64,000 nt of DNA from Rebecca billardiae RCC1528 (lineage: Eukaryota; Protista; Haptophyta), in NCBI GenBank assembly GCA_965240325.2, contig OZ251228.1, forward strand, positions 620,001 to 684,000, written 5' to 3'. The notes beneath the pieces were generated by a model. It was not told the DNA's origin and ran no database searches. It saw only the letters and a list, made by a program, of their open reading frames with translations. Every line of letters starts with the position of its first letter. Position 1 is the first letter of the stretch. This document shows positions 33,890-47,262 of this stretch, piece by piece. Made by a program: the position numbers and the translations under genes.

Positions 33890-36800
33890 GCCGCCGTCGC
33901 CGCTGGGCGTGGCTGGCTCGGCGCGCGACGGCGCCGGGCCGCCGGCCTCGTCGGCGGCGGCGCCGCCCTCGGCGCCGCCGCCTGGCGCGCCGAGCGGCTC
34001 CGTCCGCCGGTTGAACGAGCCGCTCGGCGAGGGCGCGGCGGAGAAGGTGACGGCGACGGCCGACGCGCGGCGCGGACCCGTCGTCGGCAGCGCGAGCGCG
34101 CCGGTGCCGCCGTCTGCGCCGCCGCCGCCGCCGCCGCCGCCTCGGCCGCGGCGCTTTGCGGCGCGGTACTCGTCCTCGGCGGCCCAGAAGTTGAGCGACG
34201 CCCAGCGGTGCCACGCCTTGTACGAGCTCGGGTCGAGCGCCGTCGCGCGCTCGAGCGAGTCGAGCGCGGCGCGTCGCTGCGCGCCCAGCCCGCCGCCGCC
34301 GCCGCCGCCCGGCCCGCCGCCCGGCCCGCCGCCCGCCGCGACGACAAGCGCCTCATCCTCCCAGTCGCCCAGCTTGCGGTGGCAGCGCGAGGCGAGGGCG
34401 GGCGAGCCGCCCGCCGAGTCCAGCGCGGCGGCGAGCGCGCCGAGCGTCGCGCGCGCGCGCTCCGTGTGCCCCGCCGCGTGCAGGTGCTTGCACAGCGCGT
34501 ACTGCACCAAAGGCTCATCCCACGCGCCAGCGCAGACGCCCGAGGCGGCCGCGGCCGGCGCGCGCGCGTCGCCCGCCGCCGCCGCGTATGCAGCCGCCGC
34601 GCCGATGAGCACGTTCTGCGCGGCGGCGTCGTCGGAGGCGTCGCCGCCGACGACGCCGCGCGCGCCGCCCTCGCCGCGCACCAGCTCGCACAGCACGTCC
34701 GCCGAGAGCCGCAGCTGCCCGCTCTTGCGTGCGAGCGCCGCCAGCTTGAGCCACGTGCGCACGTCCTTGCGCGGCGAGAGCACGAGCTGTCGCACGGCGA
34801 TCACCTGGTGCCACACGTCGGCGGAGCGCTCGCACATGGCGAGGCGCGAGGTCCAGAGCGCGCGCAGCCGGCCGAGCTGCTCCGCGCGCCGCGCGCCGCC
34901 CGCCCCCGCCGCGTGCGCCTCGCAGATCTCCTCGAGCTCGGCCAACTGCTGCACACGCACGAGCGAGCGATAGGCGCGCGTGTACGATTCGCCCGAGAGG
35001 GTTGAGAGAGTAGGGTCGAGCTGCGCGCGCGCGACGGCGATGTGCGAGGCGGCCTCGGCGTGCTGCCGCGCGTGCACGGCGAGGATCGCGCGGAAGAACG
35101 GGCCGTCGCCGTGCAGCGCCGCGCCGACCGGCGAGCCGAGCTCCGCGGCCGCGGCGGCGGCGGCGGCGGCGAGCGAGTCCGCGTCCGCCTCGCCCGCGCT
35201 CAGCATCGGAAGCAGCCCGCTGAGCCCGCCGCCGCCGACGCCGCCGCCGCCGAAGCTGCCGCCGCCCGGCGCGGCGGAGGCGCCCCCGGGCGTGCCGCCG
35301 CCGCCGCCGCCGCCGCCGCCGTACGCGCCCGCGCCCGGCGCGGGCGAGGCGGGCGCCACCATCGCGTCGACATAGCCGCGCATAGCGGTCCAGTCGGTGC
35401 GGTGCCACGCGGCCGCTGCGGCGTACGGCGCGATCGCGGCGCGCAGGCCGTCGGCCGCGCCGCCCCACGCGTGCGCGGCGACGGCGGAGAGCTCGCCCCA
35501 CCGGCCGAGCGCGTGCAGGCAGCGGCACCGCCCGACGAGCGCGTGCGCCGCCGCGCCGCGCTCCGACCCCGCGTCCGCGCCGCTGCCGCGCCGCTCGTAA
35601 GATTCGAGCGCCTCGTCCCACCGGTGCAACCGCTCATGCCAGCCCTCGTCGAGCTGGAGGCCGTGCGCGCGCTGCGCGTACGAGATGACGCCGAGCGCGG
35701 CCTCGGGCTGCTGCAGCTGGTTGTTGATCGAGATGAGCGCCTCGACCGTCTCGGCGGACGGCGGCGACTCCGCCTCGAAGAGCGTCTCCTTGTAGTGCAG
35801 CGCCTTTGCATACGCGTGGCAGCGCTGCGCGAGCGCGCCGAGCCGGCGCACGTCGATGGGCAGCTGGCAGTCGTCGTGCTCCATGAACTCGGCGAGGTTG
35901 AGGAGCGGCGTGAGCACGTCGTGCGGCACCGCCTCCGCCGAGATCGCCAGGTCGATCGCGTCGACGAGCGACTGCCGCCCCTCGCCGCGCAGGTCGGACC
36001 AGACCGCGACGAACGACGGGTTGAAGAGCGTGCGTGCTAGCGGCGGGTGCAGCTGCGCGACGGGCCAGCACGCGCGCAGCGCGGGCGAGGGCGACTCGCG
36101 GAGCAGCCCGACGGAGAGGCGGCGGAGCCACTCGGTCCACTCCTCCCGCGTCGAGTGGTTCGTCGCGCGCCACGCCGCGCCGAGTGACGCCTCGTTGATC
36201 GGCAGCCGAGGCATCGGCGCGCCGGGCGCGGCGGACGCGCTCGCTGTCAGCTGCTGCAGCTCGCGCGCGCTCGGTCCAAGCATCCCGCCGCCGACGCCGC
36301 CGGCTGGGCCGGCGGCGGCAGCGGGGCCGCCGCCGGGCCCACCGCCGCCGTCCGCGCCGCCGAGCCCGCCGTCCGCGCCGCCGAGCGCGGGCTCGGCGCC
36401 ACCACCGGCGGCCGCGGCGCCGCCGCCGTCCGCGCCGCCGTCTGCGCCGGATAGCACGCCCGCGGCCGCAAACCACAACTCGTGGAAGGGAGGCAGCGGC
36501 GCGGCGGCGACGAGCGCGCGCACCAGCCGGCCGTAGTTGGCGTGCTCGGCGCCGCTCGCCGCCGCGCGCGCGTGCACGGCCGGCTGCACCGCGAGCGCGA
36601 GCGTCAGGTACGCTTCGCCCATCTGACACGCGAGCAGGCACAACAGGTCGAGCAGCGCCGTGCACAGCTCGGCCGCGGTGCCGGCGGCGCCAAGCAGCCG
36701 CGCCGCCGGGTGGACGATGCGCGCGCCGAACTCGGAGAGGTCGAGCGCGCGCGTGAGGTGCGCGAGCGTGCGCACTGCCGCCACGCGCACGTGCCCCGGC

Positions 36801-38234
36801 TCGTGCCCCGCCTCCGCCAGGCTCATCAGCGCCGGCACGAGCGCGTGCGCGTGGTCGGCGAGCGCGCCGCCGAGCGTTCGCACGGCGAGCAGCACTCGCA
36901 GCGTCGGCGCGCGGCCCTCGGTGCCGTCGGCGCCGAGCACGCCGAGCAGCTTGGGGCCGAGCACGCCGAGCGGCGCGCGCGAGAACGCGCCGAGCGAGAG
37001 CGCCAGCGCCTCCACCAGCGCCACCGCCTGCGCGTGCGACGACTCCCACACCGCGTGCACGAGGCTCACGAGTGATGGGACGAAGGGTCGGATGGCGACG
37101 CCCGCCGCGCACACCACCACGGCGAGGCGCTCGAGGCAGAGCGCGCGCGAGCGCGCGTCGGGCGCGGCGCGCGCCGTGTGCACGAGCAGCGGCAGCGCGC
37201 GCGGCGCGAAGCGCAGCGCGTGCGCGCGCAGCTGCTCGAAGATCGACGCGAGTGCTGAGACGGCCGCGAGGTGATGCGCTGAGAGCGTCCCGTCTTCAAG
37301 CACGGCGACCAGCGCGCCCACCGCCACCGCCGCCTCCTTGTCGGCGGGCGGCAGCGAGGAGTAGAGCGCGGCGGCGGCGGCGGCGGCGGCGCCGTCGCCG
37401 CCGCCGCCTGCGCCGCCCACGGCACCGCCGCCGCCCGCCTCGTCGCCGCCGAGCAGCTCCGCGTCCGCCGGCTCGTCCGGCAGTCCGTGTTGTTCGGTTG
37501 TCAGCCCGTCGGCCTCGCCGAGCCGGCGCGAGTTGCCCGCGGCGGGGCCGCCGCCATCGGCCGCCTCGTCGGCGGCGGCGCCGAGCTTCGCGCCGCCGGC
37601 GGTGGCGCGCGCGCGCGCGTCCGGCGTAAGCGCCAGCAGCCGCGGCGCCTGCGCGCCCACCACGCCGAGCGCGCGCAGCAGCTCGGCGCGCACCGCCGGG
37701 CTTGTCTCGGTGCGCAGCAGTCCGGTTAGCGTCTGCATCAGCCGCGGGCAGCAGGCGGTGACGGTCTCGAGCTGGCGCGTGCGGCGGACGAGCCGGCTGA
37801 GCAGCGCGAGCGCCGCGGCGCGCCGTGCGGCGGACGCCTGCGAGGACCCCTTCTCGCCGACCGTCGCCGAGATCGCGGGGCAGAGCGCTCGCACGGCACC
37901 GTCCGTTGCGCCGTCGCCCGCGTCGACGAGCGCGGCCACCGTACGGAGCAGGCATGCCGCGCCCGGCGCCGTCGGGCTCGCGAGCCTCGGCGTGAGCACG
38001 CCGAGGAGCTGCTCGGAGTACGGCGCGACCAGCTCGCTCGCCGCGCGCACGAGCTCGCCGAGGAGCCGCACCGAGCCCTCCACCGGCCTCAGGCCGGGCG
38101 CTCCAGCGGAGGGGCGGGCGGGCGCGCCGCCGGCCGAGGCGCCGCCGCCGCCGCCGCCGCCGCCCGGCGCGGCCACGAGCGCGCCGCCGCCGCCGCCGCC
38201 GCCCGCGCCCGAGGCGCCGCCGCCGCCGCCACCG

Positions 38235-38269
<35 letters not shown>

Positions 38270-39771
38270 CGCCGCCAGGCCCGCGCCACCGGCCGCCGCG
38301 TCGCGCGCCGCCGCGTCCGCCGCCGAGCCGGCCGCCGGCAGCTGCTGCGGCGCGCCGCCAAAATGGCGAATGTCGATGACGAGCTGCAGCAGCAGCCGGC
38401 GCAGCGTCGGGTGCACCACCGCCGGGTTGAGCACCGCCGCGCGCCCGACGAGCGCCAGCGCCGCCTCGCGCACCACCAGCGTCTCGTCGTGCAGCGACAG
38501 CAGAACAATCCGAAGCGTCTGCGCTCGCGCTAACTCCGGCAGAGAGCAGTCTCCGAGCATTGAGAGCGTGAGCGCGCGCACGCGCGCGTCCGCGTCGGCC
38601 ACGGCGCACGAGACGAGCTTGGAGAGCAGCCCGTGCGCGCGCACGCGCTCGCGCGGCGCCGCGCGCGCGAGCTCGCAGCAGCACGCGCGCACCGCCGCCG
38701 CGCGCAGGCTGCTCCGGCTGTCGTCCAGCAGTTGTGACACGGAGCGCTCGGCGAACGCGAGCGCGACGCGCGCGCGCGCGGCGGGCGCGGCGGCGGCGCC
38801 GTCCGCCTCGACGAGCGGCGAGCCGCCGCCGCCATAGCTGCCACCGCCGCCGCCGCCCTCCGCGGGCGCGCACCAGTCGAACCGCGCCAGCGTGTCGAGC
38901 GCTAGCAGCAGGGTGCGCTCAGCACCCTCCGCGCCCGCGCCGCCGCCGCCCGAGCCGGCGCCGCCGCCGCCGCCGCCCGAGCCGCCGCCCACGCCGAGCT
39001 CGGCGCCCGCCGGCACGCAGCCGCCGGCGCCGCCGGCGCCGAACGCCGCCAGCGCGTCCGCCGCGCACGCCACAGGCACCAGCGCGCCGCTGCCGCTGGC
39101 CGGGAGCGCCGACGGCGGCGCGGCGGACGCGGCGGCGCTGCGACCGCCGACCGCGCCGCCAGCTAACAGATCGGCGCCCCACGCGCCGCCGCCGCCGCCG
39201 CGCCAGTGCGGCGGCGCGGCGGGCACGTCCCACGCGCTCGCGCCCTGCGCGCCCTGCGCGCCCGCCTCGGCGGCGTGCTCGGCGCGCGCGCCGCCAGCCC
39301 ACGCCGCCGCGCCGGCCGGCGCGGCGCGCGTGCCCGCGCGCCCGCCCCATGGCGGCCACAAGTCTGCGACGGCGGCGGGCGCGCGCTCGCACGCCGTGCC
39401 TTGCACGAGCGCGGTCGCCGCGTCCGCGTCGGCCGGGTGCGGCCGGAGCTCCGCCACCCAGCCCGGCTCGGCCGCGCCCGCGCCCGCCGCGCCGCCCGCC
39501 GCCCCGGCCGCGGCGCGCGCGGGCGCGGACGACGTGTCGCCCTCGGCCGCCGCGCCCGGCGCCGCCACCGCCGTGCTGTCGAGATACGATCTCCCGGTGA
39601 GGGCGTGGGAGATGAGGTGGAGCAGCGCGGCGCGCGCGCGCGTGCGCACGCCGCCGCGCGCACACCGGCAGATCGCCGAGAGCGCGCCGACCGCCGCGGG
39701 CCTCAGCCCAGCAAGCAGCAGCAGCGGCAGCAGCGGTGTTCGCGCCCAGACGCCGTCCGCGCCCGCGCCGC

Positions 39772-39802
<31 letters not shown>

Positions 39803-41745
39803 GCCGCCGAACACGCCGCCGGTGGCCGAGGCCATCCGCGTGAGCTCGGGCAGCACCGCGCTCGCGCCGCCGCCGCCCAGCGCAGCCGGCGGCACCGGCG
39901 GCGCCACGCCGCCACGCTCGGCGACGGCGCTCGCCGCGGCCGCGCGCGCCTCGGCCTCGCCTGTGAGCGCCGCTGCCATCAGCCGAGGCTCACACGCCGC
40001 GCACAGCCGGCCGACGCACTCGACCTGCGCGGGGGTTGAGAGCGCGCGGGGGGCGGCGGGGGCGTCAGCGCCACGCCGCACGCCGCGCACCGCCGCGCAC
40101 CGCCGCATGCCGCGCACCGCCGCGCGCGCGCGCGCGCCGCGCGCACCGCGGCTGTCAGGTAGGGTCGCCTGGCGGTGGGGCGGCGCGGCATGGCGTCGGC
40201 GCAGAGCTCGAGCAGCGAGGGGAGGTAGGTGTCGATCGGGTTGTACGGCTGCGCGGCGTACTCGGCGCGCGCGCGCGGCGGCGGGAGCACCGCCGCCATC
40301 GCCGCCGCCGCGCTCATCGTGATCGGCGGCGCCGCGCCCGCGGACGCGGCGGAGGCGGAGGAGGAGGAGGACGAGGAGGCTCGCGTGCGGCAGCCTGGCG
40401 GCGCGGGGCTCACGGCGAGCGCGGTGAGGCCGAGCGCGTCGAACGCGCGCGCGCGCACGTCCGGCGCGGCGGTGCGCTCGCGCAGCACCGCCAGCGCGAA
40501 GGACACGTGGGCGTGCAGCGGCGGAGGGCCGCCGCCGCCGCCGCCGCCGCTCGCGCCGCCGCCGCCGCCGCCGCCGCCGCTCGCGCCGCCGCCGCCGCCG
40601 CCGCCGCCCGCGTCGAGGCCGGCAAAGAGGGCGGGCTCGAACGCGGCGAGGCGCGGCATCAGGTCGAGCAGCGCCACGACTATCGGCCGCGCGCGCGCCG
40701 CGTGCAGCGCCGCCGCCGCCGCGCACATCCCCTCGAACGGCCCGCGGCCGCGCAGCGCCAAAACTGCCGGCGCGCCGCTCAGCGCCGCAGCCGCGCCGTG
40801 CGCAAGCAGCTCAGCGAGCGCGCAGAGCGCGCCGTGGATCGCGTCGGCGGAGCCGCCGAGCCGCTGCCCGCGCACGCCCGCGATCACCTCCTCCGCCACG
40901 CGCGCCTGCAGCTCGCTCGCCAGCACGAGCGAGCGCGAGCTGATCAGCCGGAGCACGTGGCCGAGCGCGTGCACCGCCGCGGCGCGCACCTCAGCGCGCG
41001 CGTGATAGACGGGGCCCCAGATGCGGTGGACGAAGGTGGCGACGTGCTGCGCGAAGGCGGTGGGCGCGTGCGCGGCGAGCTGGCCAAGTGCCAGCGCAGA
41101 CCACAGCCGCCGCGCGTGCTCCGCGTCCGCCGCGCCCGACGCGGCGGCCGCGGCGGCCGCGCCGCCGCCGCCGCCGCTGCCGCTAATGCCCGCCGTCGCC
41201 GCCGACGGCCGCCGGCCCGCGGGCCCGGCGCTGCTCGCGGCGCTGAGGCTGCTCGCGCGGCTACCGCCGCCGCCGCTGGGCAGCGCCACCGTCGCCGCGG
41301 GCGGCGTGCCCAGCCCGTCCAGCGCGTGCCGCAGCTCGAGCTCCACAAAATCGGCCGTGACCGAGCCGCCGGAATAGGCGAGCCGCCCGAGCGCGCGCGC
41401 GCACATGTGCAGCGTGGGCGCGTGGCTCGCGGCCTCGCGCACGCGGCGCACGGCCTGCGAGAGCCGGCCCAGCTTGGCCGCCTCGTCGTCCGTCTCGGCC
41501 GCCAGGCACACCTCCACGAGCAGCATGGCCGCCTGCTGGTCGTGCGGCTCGCTCGACGCCGCGAGCTCCTGCGCGCGCACGGAGAGCGCGCCGACGAGGC
41601 GGCCGAGCTGGTCGGCGGCCATGTCGCGGCCGTCGAGGGCGACCAGCGAGTGCAGCGCGAGCGCCGCGCGCGCGCGCGTCGCCTCCGAGCGCGAGCGCAG
41701 CTCATGCAGGTGGCGGTCCACCTGGGTCGGCGCGAGGGCTGCCAT
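30693..41745 (-). CDS. TOR: Target of rapamycin kinase; 7 exons, ~3364 aa if no hidden in-frame introns
   Basis: HEAT repeats, FAT ([29 protein letters not shown]), FRB ([13 protein letters not shown]), kinase ([41 protein letters not shown]), FATC ([14 protein letters not shown]). Introns 40025-40146, 33357-33448, 32902-33026, 32678-32795, 32198-32531, 31270-31436; spliced 10095 nt in frame. Confidence 0.97.
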
Positions 41746-41992
41746 CCTTGCACGACCCGCTCGCCGCCGGCCGCCGAGGCCGGGCGTCGTCTTTCCGCGC
41801 GACGCTCGCGCGAGAATTCGTGGGACGAAAAATGCCGACGCCAGAGATTAATCCGCGCGCCGATTTTCTGCGCCGGCGCACTTTCTTTTGAGTGCGCAGC
41901 AGATTCCTCGCTTTGAAAAGTCCCCGCGGCGGGCGCACACGTACGGGCGCGCGTGGGACCTAGTCAAAGCGGGTAGCGCGCGCGCGACGACC
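41746..41992. promoter_or_regulatory. Probable bidirectional promoter TOR/transportin
   Basis: 247 bp between divergent ATGs, locally AT-richer. Confidence 0.55.
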
Positions 41993-44900
41993 ATGGCGAG
42001 CGACGAGCACGGGCAGCTCGTGATCCGCGCCGTGCACGTGCTGCTGCACGAGCAGGACGCCGCGGCGAAGCGCGAGGCGGACGAGTGGCTCCTCCACTTC
42101 CAGCAGACGCCCGAGGCGTGGCAGGTGCGCGCACGCCGCCGCGCGCGCGCGGCGCGCGCGCGCGTGCGCCCGGCGCTCCGAGCTGAGCGCGCGCGCGACA
42201 CGCGTACGCGCGCACGCCCGCGCGTCTCGCGCGCGCGCGCAGGTGGCCGACTCGCTCCTCCGCGCACCGCTCGACGGCGCCGCGGCGACCGCGGAGGAGG
42301 TGCACTACCTCGCCGCGCAGACGCTCCGCACGAAGATGCGGTGCGACTTTGCGCAGCTTCCGCCGAGCACGCACGCCGACCTGCGCGACTCGCTGCTCGC
42401 GCACCTCACGGCGCGGGCGGAGGGCCCGCAGACGGTGCTCACGCAGCTCTGCCTCGCGCTGGCCAGCCTCGCCGTGCACATGCGCGAGTGGGCCGAGCCG
42501 ATCCGCGACGTGTACGCGAGGCTGAGCGCCGACCCGCGCTCGGTGCGCGCCCTCCTCGAGTGGCTGACGGTGCTGCCGGAGCAGGCGATGGACCCGAAGC
42601 TGTCGGTCGCGCCGGCGCGGCGGCACGAGGTGTGCGCGCAGCTCGCGCGCGGCGCGAACGAGGTCTTCGGGCTGCTCGTCGCGCTGCTCGCGCAGCCGGC
42701 CGCGGCGGCAGGCGGCGGCGGCGCGGCCGCGGCGGGCGGCGCCGACGCGGCCGCGGCCGGCGCGGCGGCGCCGAGCTCGGCGAGGCGTGAGAAGCTGCTG
42801 CGCTGCTTCCTCTCGTGGCTCCGGCTGTGCACCGTCTCGCTCGCCCGCGCCGCCGACGAGGACACCGCCGCCCACGCGCTGCTCAACGGCGCCGCCGCCG
42901 AGCACGCGGCCGGCGGCGGCGCGCTCACGTCTACCCTGCGCGCGCAGGTGGTGGCGAGCGTGATGCGCGTGGCGGAGCCGCTGGTGCGCGCGGCGACGGA
43001 CGAGCTGTTCCGGCCGGACGACGAGTGCTTCGAGGTCGCGGTCGACGTGACGATCGAGCTCGTCCGCTTCCTCACCGGCGACGGCTCGGGCGGGCGCGCC
43101 GACGACGGCGGTTACGGCGGCGCGGGCGCGGGCGCGGACGGTGGCGGCTCCGTGTTCTCACCGTCGCTTGTCGAGCTGCTTTCGCGGCAGGCGAGCTCGC
43201 TCGCGCAGCTGATGCCGCTGCTGGGGCAGCTCGCGCCGCAGCTCGCGGTGCACATCGCGGCGGAGGACGAGGACGCCGCGCGCGGGCTGTGCCGCCTCCT
43301 CGCCGAGGTGGGCGAGGCGCACGCGCCGCTGATCGTGCGAGCGCTCGCGCGCGTGCTGCCGACGCAGCTCGCGCCCACCGCCGAGGCGGCGGCGGCGGCG
43401 GGCGCGCAGGCGGAGGCGCTGGTGTCGTGGCTGCTGCACGCGACGGCGCACCCGCTCGGCGAGATCGCCGAGATCGGCTTCAACTTCTGGTACGTCGCCA
43501 TGCTCGAGATTGTCGAGAGGCTGCGCGATGACTTGGTCGGATCTGGCCGAGGCGGCGGCGGCGGCGGCGGCGGCGGCGCGGGCGGCGCCGAGGCGGAGGG
43601 CGGCGGCGGCGGCGCGCGCGACTTCGAGGCGCTCTCGTCGTCGGTGCACGGCGCGTGGACGCCCACCTTCCTCGCACTCGCCTCCGCCCTCACGCGCGCC
43701 CTCGCCCTCCCCGCCGACTCGGACTCGTGGTCCGCGGACGCGCTCGATGACTTCAGACGCTTCCGGTACGCGTGCGGCGACGGGCTGAGCGACGCCGCCA
43801 AGGTGTGCGGCGGCGACGTGGTGCTGCGCGCGGTGGCGGAGGCGCTGTACGCGGGGATGGGCAAGCTGCCCGCCTCGTGGCGCGAGGTCGACGGCGCGCT
43901 GTACGCCGCCAAGTCGCTCGCACCCTTCTGCTCCAACGCCGACGACGAACCGGTAGCGTCCGTTCTCGGAATGGTCGCTAGGCTGCCACCCGTGGCGGGC
44001 GCGGCCGCGCAGGGCGGCGCCGAGCCGAGCGCGGCGCCGGGCGCGGCGGCGTGCGCGACGATGCAGCACACGGCGACGCTGTGCGTCTCGGGCTACGCGC
44101 CGTGGCTCAACCGTCACCCGGACCACCTCGGCCCGATGCTCACCCACGTTGCTGCAGGCCTCACCTGCGGCGACGCCCGCGTCGCGCCGGCCGCGTGCGT
44201 TGCGATCAAGTCGATTTGCGACGCGTGTTGTGAGCACCTCGCGGCGGAGCCGTGGGCGTCGCAGCTGCTGCACCTGGCCGTCGCGTCGCGCGAGCTCTCG
44301 CTCAGCCCCGCCGACCGCTCCGAGCTGCTCCAGGGCTGCGGCTACGTGTACGCCCTCCTCCCTGTCGACTCTGTGATTTCATATCTCGAGGCGCTGGCGA
44401 CACCGCTGCTGAACCGGCTGTCGCAGCTGTGCGCGGATGCGGCGCCGTCGCCGCACTCGTCGGAGGTGTGCTCGCTGCTCGACCAGCTGGCGTCGCTCGT
44501 GCGGTACTGCCAGCCCGCCGTGCCCGAGCTCGCACCCTTCCACCCCATCGCCGCCGTGCTCAGCGCCGCATGGCCGGTGCTGCAGAGCGTGCACGCGCGG
44601 CTGCCCGCTGACTCTAGGTGAGCGCTCGCTTGCGGCGCTGCGCGCGCGCCGCGCCGCGCGCCGCGTGACGCCCGACGCGCGCGTGACGCCCGGAAGCACG
44701 CGCGGCCGGCGCCGTGCTCGACCCGCGCGCGCCACCGACATCCGCCGACCATCCCACATCCCATCCCATCCCGCCTGTGCGCGCAGGGCGATGGAGAAGC
44801 TGTGTCGGGTGGTCAAGTTCTCGGTGCGGACGGCGACCACGCACACGGCCGCGCTCATGATCGGTCTGCTCGCCGAGCTGGCGGCGTGGTTCGGGGCGAA

Positions 44901-45790
44901 CGCGCACTCGTGCTTCCTGTACGCGGTGCACGTGTGCGCATCCACGCTCGCGGGGCACGCGCCCGACCTCGACGACGCCATCTTCGGTGCGCGCGCCGCC
45001 GCTCGAGCGCGCGACCGCGCGTCTGCGCGACCGGCCCCTGGCGCGCACACGGCATGGCAGCTGAGCGCGGCCGCGCGCTGCGCCGTGCGCGCCCGCGCGC
45101 CCGCCCTCCTCCGCCGTGGCGCCAGCCGCGTACGCGCACATGGCGGAGCGCGCGCTCGCGCTCGTCGGCCCCGCCGCCGCGGACCCGCGCCCGCCGCCCG
45201 CCGCACCCGCCGCGGGCCGCTCCGCCGCGACGACCGGTCTCGACGCTTACCCAGATGTGCTCGAGGACTTATTGGAATTAACCGTAGTGATGTTGGCGCG
45301 CTTCCCGGACCGGCTGCTGGCGTGGGCGCAGTGGCCGGCGCTGGTGCAGTTGGGCAGCGCGTGCGTGCTGCTGCAGCACAAGGAGGCGTGGCGCGCCGCC
45401 ATGCACTTCAGCGAGCGGCTGCTCGGCGCGCGCGCGACGCGGGTTGAGATGGTGCCTGAAACACGGCGCACGCTCGAGGCGACGATTGAGGCGTGTGGCC
45501 CCGCGCTCGCGCGCCAGCTGCTGCTGGCGCTCGCCGGCGTGCTGCCCGGCGCGCGCTGCGTGCAGCTCGGCTCCGCGCTCCGGCAGATGCTCGAGTGCGC
45601 GCCCGACGGCGCGGGCGCGTGGCTGCAGGCCGCGGCCGCGCAGCTCCCGCCCGCCGCGCACGAGGACGCGCGCGCGCTGCTCGACGCGCTCGGCGCGCAC
45701 AGCCCGCCGTCCGGACCGGCGGTCAGGCGCGCGGTCGACGCGTTCTCCGAGAGCTGCCGGCGGAAGCGCGTGCTCGAGGGCGTCAGCTGA
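41993..45790 (+). CDS. TNPO3: Importin-beta family, transportin-3/Mtr10/MOS14-like; 4 exons, ~1123 aa
   Basis: EADEWLLHFQQTPEAWQVAD, YLAAQTLRTK, LTQLCLALASLAVHM, LTVLPE, EIGFNFWY. Introns 42125-42242, 44618-44786, 44987-45125; spliced 3372 nt in frame. Importin-13 not fully excluded. Confidence 0.85.
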
Positions 45791-46247
45791 CGGCCGCGAT
45801 GCGCAGGGCGAGCTGGGCGAGCTCGCGCGCTTCCACGCCAATTGATGCGCACGCACGCCCATCGCGGATCGTCGGCGCCCGACGATCGCATCGTGATCGT
45901 CATCATCGTGATCGTCGGTACGACGCGCGTTACTACCACTTCCCGCCGCCTGGGCTTAGAATTTGAATAAGCAGCTTTCGTCGTCAGTAGTCGTCATCAT
46001 CTGATGCGCGTTGACGAGCCTACTACTACTAGGCTGGATGTAGTAGCGTAGCCGATATTGTCGTCGCAGCCGAGCTCGGAGCTGCCGCAGGATGAGCGAG
46101 CATCAGCAATAGCATGCTGACCGCGGTGAGTGACCGTGCAATCGGCCCGCGACTACTACATCCATCATGCGCTCATAGTAGCTGCTGCTCCGCGTGCGCT
46201 GCTGCCGCCCGGTGCAGCCCACACGCGAGCCCCCTCGTGCCCCCCGC

Positions 46248-46886
46248 TCAGATCGGCGCCGCCTCGCCCTTGCGCTGCTTGAGCGCGAGGTAGATGCCCG
46301 CGGCCGCGCCCGAGCCGAGCGAGAGCGGCAGGAACACCGCCGTGTACAGGAAGGGCCGCACGTCCGCGGAGAGCATCCACGTGGAGAAGGTGAGCGGGTA
46401 CATGAAGGTGGGGTTGGCGTTGGCGAAGAGCAGGAACGTCTTCCGCTCGCGCGGCGTGAGCGCGCGCGGGAACACCTCCTGCACCATCTCCGGGTGGAAG
46501 ACAGCCAGGTACAACTCGGTGATGGTGGGCGGGTGGTTCACGAGCGCGGCGACGGTGAAGCAGAGCACGATGATCTGCGTGTTGACCTCGTTGGCCACCT
46601 TCCACACTTCGCCCTCGAACGCGCCGTCGAATTTGAGCATGCCCCAGCCCATCTGCCCGTCCGCGCCCGGGAAGATCATCATCGCGATCATGCCGCCCGA
46701 CGCGACCACAAAGATGATCCACACGAGCCAGAACTTGTTGATGGGCTGCGCGAGCCAGGTGCGGAACGGCGGCACCCGTGCATACGCGAGGGCGGCGAGC
46801 AGCAGGATGGACGCCGCGATCACGCCATAGTTGATGACGAACGGTAGCCACATCGCCGGCGGCGCGGCGCTGGGGTCGACGGCCAT
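46248..46886 (-). CDS. DUF2985-like multi-pass membrane protein (start uncertain)
   Basis: Several hydrophobic helices; WLVWI..V, EVNTQIIVLCFTVAALVNHP, RP...AAAGIY resemble the DUF2985 pattern (from memory). Confidence 0.7.
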   Translation of the reverse strand: MAVDPSAAPPAMWLPFVINYGVIAASILLLAALAYARVPPFRTWLAQPINKFWLVWIIFVVASGGMIAMMIFPGADGQMGWGMLKFDGAFEGEVWKVANEVNTQIIVLCFTVAALVNHPPTITELYLAVFHPEMVQEVFPRALTPRERKTFLLFANANPTFMYPLTFSTWMLSADVRPFLYTAVFLPLSLGSGAAAGIYLALKQRKGEAAPI

Positions 46887-47262
46887 CGAATTTGCGGCGT
46901 TCGCGCCTAGGCGCGAAGCCGGCGGCGGCGGCGGGCGCGGCGGGGATTCCGGCCGCTCCACCTGACGCACGATGGCGTCGCGTGTAAGTGAATAGTGATG
47001 CGTGATGATCGCACGCCCTCACTATCGAGACCAACCCCGCGTGGCACGGCCCTGACGAGGGCGTCCAGCCCGTGTCACTCCGAGCAGCTCAGTAGCTCAC
47101 CGTCGTGTCGTCCTCGAGGATGTCATCCTCCAGGCCGATGACACCGGCCGCAGCCGCCCGGCGGGCCTCGGGCACCGGGCCGGCGAGCTTGCGCGAGGAG
47201 GGCAGCGCGTCGTCGAGGCCTTTGTCCGGCGTCGCAGTCGCATCCGTCACGACGCGGGGAGC

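Noticed and set aside
6034-45939. Numerous long Arg/Ala/Pro-rich overlapping ORFs
   Set aside because: Expected from stop-codon scarcity at this GC content; they overlap well-supported genes.
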